DNA of 64,000 nt from positions 16,244,001 to 16,308,000 of the forward strand of contig CM022667.1 of the NCBI GenBank assembly GCA_012295275.1, read 5' to 3'. The position numbers were made by a program, and so were the translations under genes. Under the pieces are notes generated by a model that worked only from the letters and a program-made list of their open reading frames with translations, had not been told where the DNA came from and did not search any database. This DNA is from Chrysomallon squamiferum. Taxonomy: Eukaryota > Animalia > Mollusca. Below are positions 38,659 to 52,158 of the stretch, in pieces. How positions within the stretch are numbered: the stretch's first letter is position 1; each line of letters starts with the position of its first letter.

Positions 38659-41070
38659 AATGTCTGTATTACCTGATTATATTTTCTTATTATTGTTATT
38701 TTTAACATTCAGCCCTCTGAACATGAAATTTTGAATTCCTGAAATTCTCATAGATAGAATTTCACTATATTAATATGTACTGAACATAACATGGGCTGAG
38801 ATAAAATGATTTAGCAAACATTCACAAATGCAAACTGAGCTAGTGTATGGATAAATACTGTGTGTGTGTGCATGCATGTGTTTTGCATGCAGATAACTAG
38901 AATCAATTTAACTAGTTTGCTTTAACATCTCAGCATAGATTGTTATATCTGCATGGGTTAAAGTACTAAATTAAACATCTTTGATTTCATGATGGGACAT
39001 TTTATAAGAGACAGAACTCACAATTATTGTATCAGCCTGTAATACTATAAAATTCTGCTTGGAGTTTTGCAGATCTATCGGCCTGTAAAACTACACAATA
39101 ATATTTAACTGATGTTACAAAAACTTGTTTACAGATGTTTAATGAACATGCAGTCAAATCAAATTCAGTAAGAATTAAAAGAAAGATTTAATTTGTATTG
39201 TCACTTGTGCATTTATTTATATTATGAAATTTTGTCTCTTTTTCATTTAATTTGTTCCAAACCAATTATTATTATTAAAAATATTATTTGCATAATGATT
39301 AATGCTATTTATGATTTAAAAGAAACCAAAACTGGTTGTTTGTCTTCTGAGAGTAAGCATAAAACAAAATCACCTATTTTGGTGAGAATAATTGGATTAA
39401 ATATTGACTGTATTACTTACTGAGGTATTTGTTTCAGTTTTGTAGTCACTAATAATAAGTGGTGACATTAAATTAATAGAGTTGAAAAAAAACACAAAAC
39501 TTAACCATTTTCTACCTTTGTTATATGTGTCATTATTAGATTCCACAGAACAGGAATAGCTGTTTTCATTTTTCATTTTGTCTGAAATAGTCTGCTAGGG
39601 ATCAAAATGTTCTGGAGTATTTGAAATAATAAAACATCATGTTTTTTTTTTTTTTTTTTTTTTCTGAATTTATTTGTTTGTGTATAATTTAATTTTTGGT
39701 AAAAAATACATAATAATATTATTATTATATATTGTATATAGCTTTTAAAAACGACTTAATATATATTTTGTAAAATTATGATGAATGCCATGGTTTACGA
39801 ATTCAAGTGTACAGCAGTGAGATAACATTTATTATCATGACGTTTCTTTTAAATTGAAAAACAGGAGATTATTTATGAAGTAAAGAAAAAAAAAGTTTAC
39901 ACAAATATTTGAAATATTTTTATATTGTATTTATATACAAAGGTTACACAAGTAAAGTTTAAGTTTTATTACATACGCTACCATTTTATCTTTCCATTGT
40001 AATTACTAATTCGTATCAAGATATGCACAAAAATCCTTGATAGACAGAGTCTACTAGTTCATAATGATATTTTTTTTCTCGATTCTGTTTGAAACAAATT
40101 AACCTATAATAATAATTATATAACAGTGAAACTTTTCAAAACGATAATGTGTTTTTTTTTGTTCAGTTTGCATTCTTCTGTATAAAGCAAGACGTTCTAA
40201 GTAAGAATTAACTGGTTCAAAATAAAACGGGAGCAGATTCACGCAATATCTTACTTGTATTTAATATTATAACTTATCCTTAGCACGGTTAACTGCCGCT
40301 AGGGGCGCGCGCTAACACCTTTTCCAGAAAAAGTCTAACTGTTACGCTAATTTACTTATTGTTTAAAAGCAGAACAAGATCAAATATCACTTTAATTTCT
40401 TACAAAGACGTAATGTAATTGAAAATCCGAAAATAAACTGAAAATCGAAAAGGTTAAAAAAAAAATAAACTAAAAATCATCAAAATAGGTTAAAAAAAAT
40501 CATTGAAATCCAAAACGGCGATTTCAAGAATGCAGATAAATGTTAATTTTAATCAAAATATAAATTTTCTAAATATAGATATAATACCACCCCTCCCCGA
40601 AAAAAAAAAAAAAAAAAATAAATAAAAATTAAAGAAACGAGCAAAAAAAAAAAAAAAAAAAAAAAATAATAATAATAATAATAATATCACGGGAAAACTT
40701 CAAATTTCTCTGCACCAAAAAACACACCACGGCACATTAACACTGCATAATAGCAAGCACTGAACTAGATGCCCTGAACGATAAAACGACACACAGGACA
40801 AAATGATATGTATTTCACTGGGTGGCATGTTTTTCTAGTGTTGTGTATTTCTGTTGATATGGTTTTCTTGAGGCCCGGTATAAAAGGTAAAATAGTAAAA
40901 ATTGTTCAAAAAAAAAATAATAATAAAAAATGATTTTTGTACTTTCCCAATGTTGTTTTATTAGATCAGTACAAAACAGAAATTCTACATTATACTTTAT
41001 AGTAAAGTATAACTCAAAATATGTTGGTAATAGACAGATTTTCTGCGTGAGAGAGCATGCTAATACCACA

Positions 41071-41102
<32 letters not shown>

Positions 41103-43231
41103 GCACACGAAATAATGTTCAGCTCTATACTGCTGTAACACTGAATTCAATGTGACCTTGTGTTCTCCATAACGAAAGAGATGGTCATGTAATATGGTTT
41201 TCGCTGTCATAATATATGCTAGAATCCTAGTAATTGTAAAAATTCAAATAACATGAGATTTTCTTTTAAACTTTGTGATATAAATATTAAACAAAAGAAA
41301 AACGTCAGTCAAAAACATTCTCTCTGTTTTAAATTCCTTTAATAATCTGTAATGATAATCATCACACTGAATATAACTGTCTGGTACCCAGGTTGTTCAT
41401 TGTAATAATGTTTATTTTGTGGAGTACTGTTAAGGGGATTTCACAGTGGACTGAACAAAAAACAGCAAACATCATTAGACCAACAAGAGTTCATACCAGC
41501 TGGTGCGATTATCAGGGTGGCTGTGCCCCCCCCCCGACCAGTGGCTAAATGGGTGCAGGAAATAATGATGATAAAATTATAATAATTTTTATTCTTCCCA
41601 AAAGATTCTGTAAACATATTGTATTATTTATATTCACTTATTATTTTATGCCATCATTTTTATTTTGATGGGAGCTAGTTTTAGTTATGCAGTGAAAGCG
41701 TTAAACACAGACATAAACCCACGTAATTAGAGGGTTCGAATTTTACAACGGCAGCGACGGAAAGTGCCATGGTCCTCCACACTTGCCGTCGTGCATCATC
41801 TCCTCGGTAATAAAACACCGCGGCCGCCCTGTTTATGTTAATTAGTTATCTATTTGTTACAATGCCATGGCAAGGGAGAATAACAAAAAAAAAAAAAAAT
41901 AATAAAAATACAAAACAATAAACAGCAAAGAGCAGGAGCTAAGCTCGCCGGCAGCAAAATTTGCAGAGGTAATCTTTTTTTTTTTTTTTTTCAGGTACGA
42001 GTAACTAGAATAAGCTTCGTTTTGATTAGTCATTGGCCATAATAGTGTAGCTAATGACTACTACGTCAGCCACAAAGACATTTGAGTCACGAATGTCAGT
42101 GTGGCGTGTGATTACTGGTTGATAGTGCGCTTCTGAAGGCTGATCCCAGCAAAATATTAACCCTACATCTTGCTAATACTAAAGCACAGAAAAATGTATC
42201 TGTGTAGGTAATATGTATATGTTTTTGTGTGTCTGTGTGTGTGCGCGCATATATATATATATCTTTATATATCATCTATCCGTATATCTATCTATATTTC
42301 TATCTATCTATCTCTATCTATCTAACTATCTATAACGTGGTTTTGATTAGTCATTGGCCATAATATTGCAGCTTCTGACCTGCGCCAAACTCAAAGTCTC
42401 GGCATAATAAAATTTTATATTATATATTAATGCAACGTAGTTTTGTTTAGATTATAATAAAACTCATACTCTGTCTGAGTTTTCTGTATTTCTGTCCCTA
42501 ACGAATGGGTCGTACAGTCTAAGCCTGTATAGTTAATATTATTGTAAAAGAAAAGCTTTCTGTCTAAGATCTTTATGTAAAGCACTCTCACACATATACT
42601 ACACAAAGACACACACACACACACACACACATGGATCGAGGACAAAATCCACTTTACAAAAGCTCATTCAGAAACATTTCAGTTCCACTACAAGTTCGAT
42701 CTCGGTTTTATGTTTAATTTCTCTGCCTGAATCTATAACATAATAGACAATTACAGAACAACAGATGATAATAAACGTATTATATTGCAGAGAATTGGCC
42801 CAAACGTCCTTTTCCCTTGCCAGATATTCTCTGTTTTCTCTTGAAATATCTTTCACTGAAGTCACACTGATAACATCCCACACCCCTGACCAATACTGGC
42901 AGATCATTACTGTCATGGGTTCCTTAAGACAGCCCCAGTGACAGTGTTTACTTTATAGTCCCAGTGTCTTGGAGGAATTTCTCGAGTACTTTAAGTCTAC
43001 ACAAAGAGAAATAAACCTCAGATGCGTTATGGTGTTTATATATCTTTTATTATTCTTGGCGCCTTTAGTTCAGTCTGGTCATATAAGATATATTTAGGGG
43101 AATATACTATAAATACAAAAGTGTTTAGCCTGACCAAAAAATGCGAATTTTAGCTGCTGATGTAAAGATTTGTCATTATTATTTTATTTAATTGTTGTTT
43201 CTTTCTTTGTTTCTTTTTTTAATTGTGCGTG

Positions 43232-43264
<33 letters not shown>

Positions 43265-45464
43265 TAATAAAACAAACCCAAGTCGTTAAAAATAATGTTT
43301 TGCAAAATCAAATTGATAGTGCCAGCTTCTTTAAGAATATTGTCGAAAGCAAACAAAACCTTGCAAAAGAGGAGACGATATTCCGTGGGAATTCTTCCCA
43401 GTTAAATATGTATACCATTTCAGCCGACATGCACAGGCTGTTAAGTAAACAGAGAAATAAACACGAGTGATTTTAAACACTGATCAACATGATGTAGCAT
43501 TTTTTGTAGATATACAAAAGTTATTTAATACATCAAATGTTTTAAAACTGCAAATGCTACACGGTTCAAGTGTTAGATAAATAACTGCTATCATGATTAT
43601 TTACAAACTAGACACCATAGCTCTGCATATGTCAAACATATAAAACATGTAACTAATTACAGTTAAACATTTCAGACCTATTTTTGTAGAATCGGTGAAT
43701 ACTGTCACGATTTGTGTAATGTGTTAAATTTCAAACATGAGTAAACTTGACTTTCAGCTAAATACTACTACTACTACTAATCATACTAGTGGTGGTAATA
43801 GTAGTAGTAGTAGTAGTATAGTAAGAATAGTAATAGTAGTAGTAGTAGTATAGTAATAGTAGTTGTAGCAGCAGTAGTAGTGTCAGTAGTAGTAGAAGTA
43901 GTAGCCAAATCAGTCTGCCAGGTTTACAGGTAGCATACCCTTTCTGGTAAGAAGAAAATATCTTCTAGTGTATTTTTCCACAGACATGTATACTGAAGAT
44001 AATCTGTACATGTTGGAGACTTCTCTACATTATATTCAGAATACAACAGACAAGAACAACAACAATCACAAGGATAACATATAAATAATAAATAAAGAAA
44101 TAAACAGAAATAAATAAATAAATAAGCATTAATTAGATAAAAACATTTATAAATAAAACATAAAAAACATCTGATAATAAAAACAAAAACAAAAAACAAA
44201 TATGCCATGTGTTTACTTGTGTATAGGTGGAGAAGAGTAAAAATATTTTATGTCTTAACTTTGCAAGCTATTCACAAAACGTATTCTGCTTCCACTAATA
44301 TTTGACTTTCTTCATTTTTCAAAACAGAAAAAAAAAAAAAAAAAAAACCACTTTCCCCAAAAAACTCAAATAATAATAAATAAGTAATAATAACAAAATA
44401 AAATAAAATAAAGTAAATAAATAAATTTTTGGAGACATATTTAGCTCTTTCCTTCACTTATTTTCTTAATTATTTATTTATTTTTGTCTTAAAATTTCGA
44501 TTTTCTTAAAAAATAAAAAATATTAGTGTAATTTTAAAAAGTCGATTTGCTATTATTTATGAGAGGCGGGCTTATGGACGAGCTTGGGCCTGCTCCTGTT
44601 CAGTTTTGCAGAGATTCGCATGCACTTGTTAACTAAACATTCTTGGCATTAATCCATGTTAGAATATTGTTGTCAGTTTCTACATGTCTGCTCAAAAGCG
44701 GGTATAGAGCGGTATTTTCAACTGATTTTCAAGTGGCGGTCTGATGTAAAAATATGATAATGTTCTTTAATGTTTAGAACAAAAAATACATACACCTAAC
44801 AAAATGAATGAATGAATGAATGAATAAAAAAGTCCGTCTCAACTTTTATTTTGTTTTACCTTTTCATTTGGCGCCTTTTAGTTTTAGGGGATATTTTTTC
44901 GTTGGAAATCAGGATTTTTGTGGTGCGAGTTTCTATTTCTGATTCATCTTAGCTATTTTTAATTGTATATGGTATAATATAATTTTATTTATTTATGTTA
45001 TATTTACTTTTATTATATTATTAAACTAACTATCTGTCTAAATTCCTCTACTTAATAAAGAGCAAATGAAGTAAATAAAGTGAAAACGAGAAGCAGAAGA
45101 TAGGAAGTAGAAAACAAATCAAAAAAGAAAGAAATAAAATCGTGCTAGAACATACTGCTTGTTGCCTCTGCATGGTGCAGTCAGCGTTTCTCACTCTTTT
45201 TACCCTTGTGGAACCCTTGAAATAGTTTTAATATCTCAGGGAACATCTATATGTTTTATATCTCGGACACTAACAGTATATTTCAATATATTTAAATACA
45301 TCCCAGACAGTTGTGCATTAGAATGTATATGTCTTTATAATGTAGATCAAAATGTGTATAACGCTGAATGTATTAAATAAATTTTACACTAATGAACGCA
45401 TTACGTATGAGCCTAATTATATTATTCAAACGCAGCACGTGTAAGGAAATATGCATACAAACAA

Positions 45465-45680
45465 ACATACATACATACATACATACATGCATACATACAT
45501 GCATACATACATACATACATACATACATACATACATACATACATACATACATACATACATGCATGCATGCATGCATACATACATACATACATACATACAT
45601 ACATACATACATACATACATACATACATACATACATACATACATACATTCATACATACATTCATACATACATAAATACAT
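45465..45680. repeat. (CATA)n microsatellite
   Basis: Direct reading. Confidence 0.95.
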
Positions 45681-46197
45681 GCATGCATATATATGTGTAG
45701 ATTACCTTCCATGTACACAGTTTGTTATCTCAAACAAAGCGCACGTGAATGGAGCCAGTGAAGCACGGTCAGCATCAGACAGATGGGTATCTCTGCGAAA
45801 TGTTACGACGTTAACCTGCTTTGTTAATCATTAGGCATTTTTACATTGCAACAAATAAAGCGAGCTCAGCCCAGGTGGAACACGGCCTGCAGAAAAGACG
45901 GCAGTGTAAACGTGTTGAACGTGCTCCACCCTGTGCTACTTTCTGGTAGGCGAAGCCGGCAAGACGAAGCAAGCTCGGCTCGACACTTGAAATGGTCTAC
46001 GTAAACACACCACCTGATATGTTGAAAATATTTTTGTTTACTCCTTACTCAAGACTAATCAGTGTATGCGACAAATATAGTGTATGTATGTATATATACA
46101 TGTATGTATGTTTGTATGTTTATTTCCTTGCTCCGTGTGAATAATGTAATTAGGCTTATACGTGATGTGTTCATTAGTGTAAAATGTATTTCATATA

Positions 46198-46917
46198 CAG
46201 TATACCCTCACCTATTCGCGGTTCCCCATTCGCGGTTCCCCATTCGCGGCCCCGCATATTCGCGGGTTAGGCTCTTAACCCTATCCCATCGTATGCTGGT
46301 ATACCAGGCTAGCGTCATAACGTCATAAAAACAAATGCTCGGTAAACCGCACAAACAATATCAAATTTTTTCAATTATTATTGCAATACAGTACGTATTT
46401 TTTTTATAAATGCATACACTGTATATACAGTGCATATTTTTTGTGACCGTGTATTAATAATGTTTTTAATTGCATATTATTACCTGAACTGTGCGTACTG
46501 TATTTATCTGTCTGTTTTGCCTTTAAATTTGTTCCACTTTCTGTCAATTCTAATACATATGTTGTACGCATAGAAAATGACTTTACGGTGCAGTAATACT
46601 GTATGGGTAACTATGCTATGCGGTGTTACTGTCCTCATGTACTTACGTTTCTTTCTGATTAAAATATTGTTTCAGTACAAAATTAAAATGTGTTTACATT
46701 ATCATTACTACATTAGTGAAATACATAACTGCATGCAATATTACTACATTATTACTGTATTAATGAGTAAGAGTGTCTTTAGAAAGTGTTTGGGAAGCAT
46801 TTAGTACCGTATATAATCTCATAATAGACGTTTTAAAACTGCATCCAATATTCGCGGTTTTTCGCTATTCGCGGGGGGGTAAAGAACGTAACCCCCTCGA
46901 ATAGCGAGGGAATACTG
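46198..46917. mobile_element. Tigger/pogo-like MITE
   Basis: TIRs cagtataccctcacctattcgcgg / cctcgaatagcgagggaatactg, TA on both sides, subterminal attcgcgg repeats, no ORF. Confidence 0.85.
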
Positions 46918-47845
46918 TATATGCGTAATACACATCTTGAAGACATATACATTGTTATGCACAAATGTCTAGGATGTTGTCTAAGAAAATCGTCAGAGAT
47001 CTGCTCATCTTGTATGTCAAACAGATCTTGAGATTGGTTTGGACATTGAGGCAAGATAGAATTTAAAAACAGTAAGGTCGGCAGGTTCTATATGTTCAAA
47101 GCTCATTTTCAGTGCGAGTAATTCGCATAAACGAGGTTTTCATTATTTATTGGCCATAGCATAGCTAAGAGCTGCAGCAATGTCAATGACGTCCATGAAC
47201 ACTTGATAAAAATCAAGCTGCCTTGTTTCCCTACTGTTTCTAATTAAACCCAAGACACCAATTCCTGAATTCTAAATAAAATTACAATTCAAAGCTGTAC
47301 ACATATCTTTCTATCCATCCACACATATATACATGTGTGTGTGTGTGTGTAAATACGTAGACACTTACATATATACATACATTTTGGTATTAATGTTTAT
47401 TACATTTTGAAGATGTTTTATTAATGTGTAATTCAAAATATCGTTTCAGTGACGTTTCAGAATGTTATTCTGATTTTTCGGAACTCAGTGAAAAGTGTTT
47501 TGATAGAATTATTTGCTGCCAGAATTAATTTTAACACTTCATTAAACCAGTTTGAACATTAGCAAATCTCTCCATTTTGTTCTGTCAAGTGTCATGCTAA
47601 GAAAAAACAAAAAACAAAGAAAAAACAAACAAACACAGGGAACATTTTTCTTAAAGCTTAAACGTTCATTTAAAGAAAACAAAAAGTTAACTCTAAATTT
47701 TAAGAACTCATCATACAAGAGACTATTTAATGTATTTCAATATGTTCGTAATTATTTCCTTTCTCTTTAATGAGCATATTTTATATTTGTTTTATACCCG
47801 AGGAAGCTTGTTGTTCTTTATTTAACCTAACAAGTGTATTATGAT

Positions 47846-48672
47846 TATTTTTTCCATTGTATATCTCTTTTGCATTTGTGTTCCGCTTCTCAAATTTGTA
47901 TTCATTTAATTTATTTTGTTAATATTCTAAATAGAGTGAAGGATGAAATTTGACTCCAAGTTTCTAACCCAGGTATCACCCATCTGAGAATGATGTGAAG
48001 CGCAAATATCAGATGAATAGAACAGGAGATGGAAGCAATTATTTAACATTAACTTTTACAAACTTTGCAATTACTGATCTATGTGTTACTTTTAATGACA
48101 GATGTTTTATAGGTAAGCAATATTTTAATATGTCCTACATTGAACTTTTTGGGTTATACTGATCTCCATCTTTGCTAACGTTAAGTGATACAAGTGTCTG
48201 AAACAACTCCACACAAAACAGTAACATGATCAGAGTAAAGTAGGGTCAGCTGATTTATTTTTTCCATTGTATATCTCTTTTGCATTTGTGTTCCGCTTCT
48301 CAAATTTGTATTCATTTAATTTATTTTGTTAATATTCTAAATAGAGTGAAGGATGAAATTTGACTCCAAGTTTCTAACCCAGGTATCAGCCATCTGAGAA
48401 TGATGTGAAGCGCAAATATCAGATGAATAGAACAGGAGATGGAAGCAATTATTTAACATTAACTTTTACAAACTTTGCAATTACTGATCTATGTGTTACT
48501 CTTAATGACAGATGTTTTATAGGTAAGCAATATTTTAATATGTCCTACATTGAACTTTTTGGGTTATACTGATCTCCATCTTTGCTAACGTTAAGTGATA
48601 CAAGTGTCTGAAACAACTCCACACAAAACAGTAACATGATCAGAGTAAAGTAGGGTCAGCTGATTTATTTTT
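47846..48672 (+). repeat. Near-perfect 410-bp tandem duplication
   Basis: Period 410 (47851 vs 48261); only two substitutions spotted by eye. Confidence 0.95.
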
Positions 48673-49098
48673 GTTTACAGAGATTTTATATTCATCATTC
48701 AGTCGGAGATTTGATTTAATCATTTAAGTCCTATAATTTGTTAATTAATATTTGAGTAGTCATAATTTTAACCTTAATTCATAGTTCTTCTTATGACTCA
48801 GACATTTAAAAAAATATTTATCTGTTATCCACCATTTTCATTTAAATCATTTAAAAAAAGTTTATTTATTTATTTATATATGCCATTAATCATCGCTGTG
48901 CTGGTAAAAATAAATGAAAGTATGTAATGTACTGAGGATTAATTCATTTATTTATTTCCTGCTGTAATAAAAAATGATTAGTAACGTTAATTGTTAACCA
49001 TACTGCAACTATATTGAAATTATCTGTCTTAATCTTGGGCTGTTCATTTGTATTTTTGTTCATGCTCTCTTATGTTATTTTCTATGTATATATATATA

Positions 49099-50590
49099 CT
49101 CTAAGAAAAAAGAAACGCAAAAGTATATTTTATTGACATTGGGAATATCTATCTAATGGATCAACAGAAAGCATCAGAATGTTAACATTTTACACACACT
49201 TTCGCAATTCATTAATATTGATGGTATTACATTGAAAAGGTTAATGTTCAAGGTTATAACAGTATAATATCAATACCTTGTGTGCCCACCATGGGAGTTC
49301 AGAACTGCCTGACATCTCCATCCCATGGCAGTAATGACATTTCGAATTTCACCTTGTGGAATGGTGGACCACTCTGTCTGTAGTAATAATACCAACTGAG
49401 CACGATTCTGTGACTGGTTGATGCTGCCTCAGTCGTTTATCCAACTCGTCCCATAAATGCTCGATGGGGTTCAAATCCGGATATTTAGAGGGCCAGGGCA
49501 GGACCTGAATGTTATTGTTTTGTAGGTACGTTGTTGTTAGTCGTCGAGCTGTATATGGTCTCGCATTGTCCGGTTGGAATACAGCGTTACCATTATTCAT
49601 AATTAGAGCGACATGTGGCTGCAAAATGTCATCTCGCTATCTCTGTGCCCTTAAGATGATTTGGATGTGAACCAGGTTGGTCCTACCAGTGTATGCGATT
49701 GCTGCCCACACCATCACACTTGCATCACCAAATCTGTCCTCTTCCTGTATGCAGTTTGCAGCAAAATGTTCACCACGACGTCTATAAACTCAACATCTTC
49801 CATCAGCTCGACGAAGCAGAAATCGAGCCTCGTCACTAAACCAGACAGTTCTCCATCGTAATTAATGCCAGACTCTGTGCACTTGACATCAATGACGTCA
49901 TAGTGGTCGATGTTGTTGAGTCAAAACCACTCTTCTTACAGGCCGTCTTGCTTTAATACCTGCCTCGCGTAAACGATTGCGCACTGTCTGAGACGATATT
50001 CTACGCAGACCAGGTATTGCTGAAGCAGTAGAGGTTGCCGTATTGGTTCTTTCCCGTAGATGAAGTACCCGTACGTAGCGGTCCTGGGCCCCGGTGGTTA
50101 TACGTGGTCTACCTGATCTGGGACGGTCACGTGTTGTTTGGTGTTCCTGGAACCGATACACAATCTCAAGATGGTGCTTGGGGATACATGGAACACCCGG
50201 GCAACGGCCGAGAAGGATTCGCCAGCTTGTAAACGGGATGGCGTTGTTTCGTTGCGGTTCACTCAGTCGTGGCATTTGTTTGATGTTGGGTCAGAAAAAA
50301 AATAAGGAACAGAAGTTATCGAAAACCTTGCATTTTTATAACCCTCGTATTCAAATTTCATGTGCTGCAAGTGCATATGCACTGGTAACGTGGTTTGCAT
50401 GCGGGGACGTTTTGGCTAATAAACACGAACATAGCTTTTATTTTGTGTTACCTGCTTTTTGGCGACTGTAATAAAAACTATACGTTTGAATCACCAAATG
50501 TCATTATATTCATAGTTTGTACATTGATATGTGCCAGTTTATAATAGTTATCTAAGAAATAAACCATTTTGCGTTTCTTTTTTGGAAGAG
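49099..50590 (-). mobile_element. Tc1/mariner DNA transposon, full length, with decayed transposase (50275-49270)
   Basis: 24-bp TIRs ctctaagaaaaaagaaacgcaaaa / ttttgcgtttcttttttggaagag with TA on both sides. Fragments MPRLS..., DRPRSGRPRITT..QDR, WFSDEARF, QPDNARP..., WPSKYPDLNPIEHLWDEL, RCQAVL..HGGHTRY*; several frameshifts. Confidence 0.95.
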
Positions 50591-50621
50591 TATATATTGG
50601 ACAGTGAAATCAGGCAATTCT

Positions 50622-50662
<41 letters not shown>

Positions 50663-51787
50663 TTCTCTCTCTGTCTGTCTGTCTGTGTGTGTATATATAT
50701 ATATATATATATCAAATATGAATACATTTCTAAAAGTAATAAACTGCAAATCAACTATTAACATGACTCAACAGATATAATTTCATATTGTATTTGTATA
50801 CATACATACACACATACATACATACATATATATGCACATACACATACACACAGAAACACAAATGCACATACCCACAAACCAAACAAAGATACACAAACCC
50901 ACAAAATACATACATACATACACTTGCACACACAAAGACACACGTTATTGTCATTATCATTTTCCAGTGAAAGACACAACATACAGATAGAAGTTATATC
51001 ACTTTTATTTCTAAAGAAAAACAAACACAAGAAAAAAATATATATATAAATATAAAAATGAATTAAATCCTCACAATATAGGCAGCATTAACTGTTATCA
51101 ATGTTTTAAAGTACTGATTAGTAAATGTATTCTTATTTGATTAAATACAGTATATTTTAATATGATTATAATTAATATTATGGATAATTGAAAAAACAAT
51201 TTAATAAATAATTTATTAATAACACTTAAGGTCTGCGTATATATGTATATCAACCAAAAACAAAACCACAGTCTTACATTATTCTACAATGTATAGCATG
51301 TAAAAATTAAACTAAAACAGTTAACATTTATATTTAAGAGATTTAATCCACTGTTATAAATAAAAAAATAAATAAGAAAATAAATAAGTTAGAAAAAGAA
51401 ACAAACTTAAGAACTATTTTCAGTTAATATTTTGTTACAACATATAAAGTTGTCAGTCATCTACAAAACAAAATTATCACTATATATAAAATTATCTTCC
51501 ACTGCTAGAAAACAGTCAGAAAAAAAAGAAGAAGAAAAAAGATGATAACAAAAATATAATATTGTAAGAAAACAAATTATGGCTAACTAAAAAACAAATT
51601 AGTAATCAGCAATGGATATAGATAATAGAAAGTGTGTACAGATAGCTACAGTAAACAATACCACACTACTATATTATTCTACAATGTATAGTATCTAAAC
51701 CATAAAACAAAATAGTTACTATTTACATTTAAAAAATGAATCCACTGTATTAACAAAAAAATAAATAATAATAAAAAAAACATTAAA

Positions 51788-51987
51788 NNNNNNNNNNNNN
51801 NNNNNNNNNNNNNNNNNNNNNNNNNNNNNNNNNNNNNNNNNNNNNNNNNNNNNNNNNNNNNNNNNNNNNNNNNNNNNNNNNNNNNNNNNNNNNNNNNNNN
51901 NNNNNNNNNNNNNNNNNNNNNNNNNNNNNNNNNNNNNNNNNNNNNNNNNNNNNNNNNNNNNNNNNNNNNNNNNNNNNNNNNNNNNNN
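51788..51987. other. Assembly gap (200 N)
   Basis: Run of exactly 200 N, typical of a fixed-size scaffold join. Confidence 0.99.
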
Positions 51988-52158
51988 TACAAAGGGAATT
52001 TAATATATAAGTATTATAACCTTTTTACTTCCAGATTTCATTTAATTTATGAGATTTTTGGTTATGTTTTAAAAGCCTGTACAGGTCATTATTTTTTATG
52101 TCTCATTGAAACCATATAATGTTATCCTCCTTGCGAGCTGGTCTCACTTTACTATGAT

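Larger units (their letters stand above)
45297..46980. repeat. Inverted repeat (arms ~45297-45480 and ~46085-46980), right arm interrupted by the Tigger-like MITE
   Basis: ttttacactaatgaacgcattacgtatgagcctaatt vs the reverse complement of aattaggcttatacgtgatgtgttcattagtgtaaaa; homology resumes after 46917. Confidence 0.8.
38252..51260 (+). repeat. Segmental duplication, copy A
   Basis: Colinear with 53062-64000. Anchors: 38290/53100, 41230/59165, 41510/59460, 42632/59921, 45855/61296, 46980/61795, 50935/63620. Confidence 0.92.

Noticed and set aside
40294-40312. CTCF-like motif tgccgctaggggcgc (also ~55058)
   Set aside because: One base short of the CCGCTAGGGGGCGC core and degraded in the third copy; cannot be supported without ChIP data.
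51783-51992. Poly-X ORF
   Set aside because: Artefact of the N gap.
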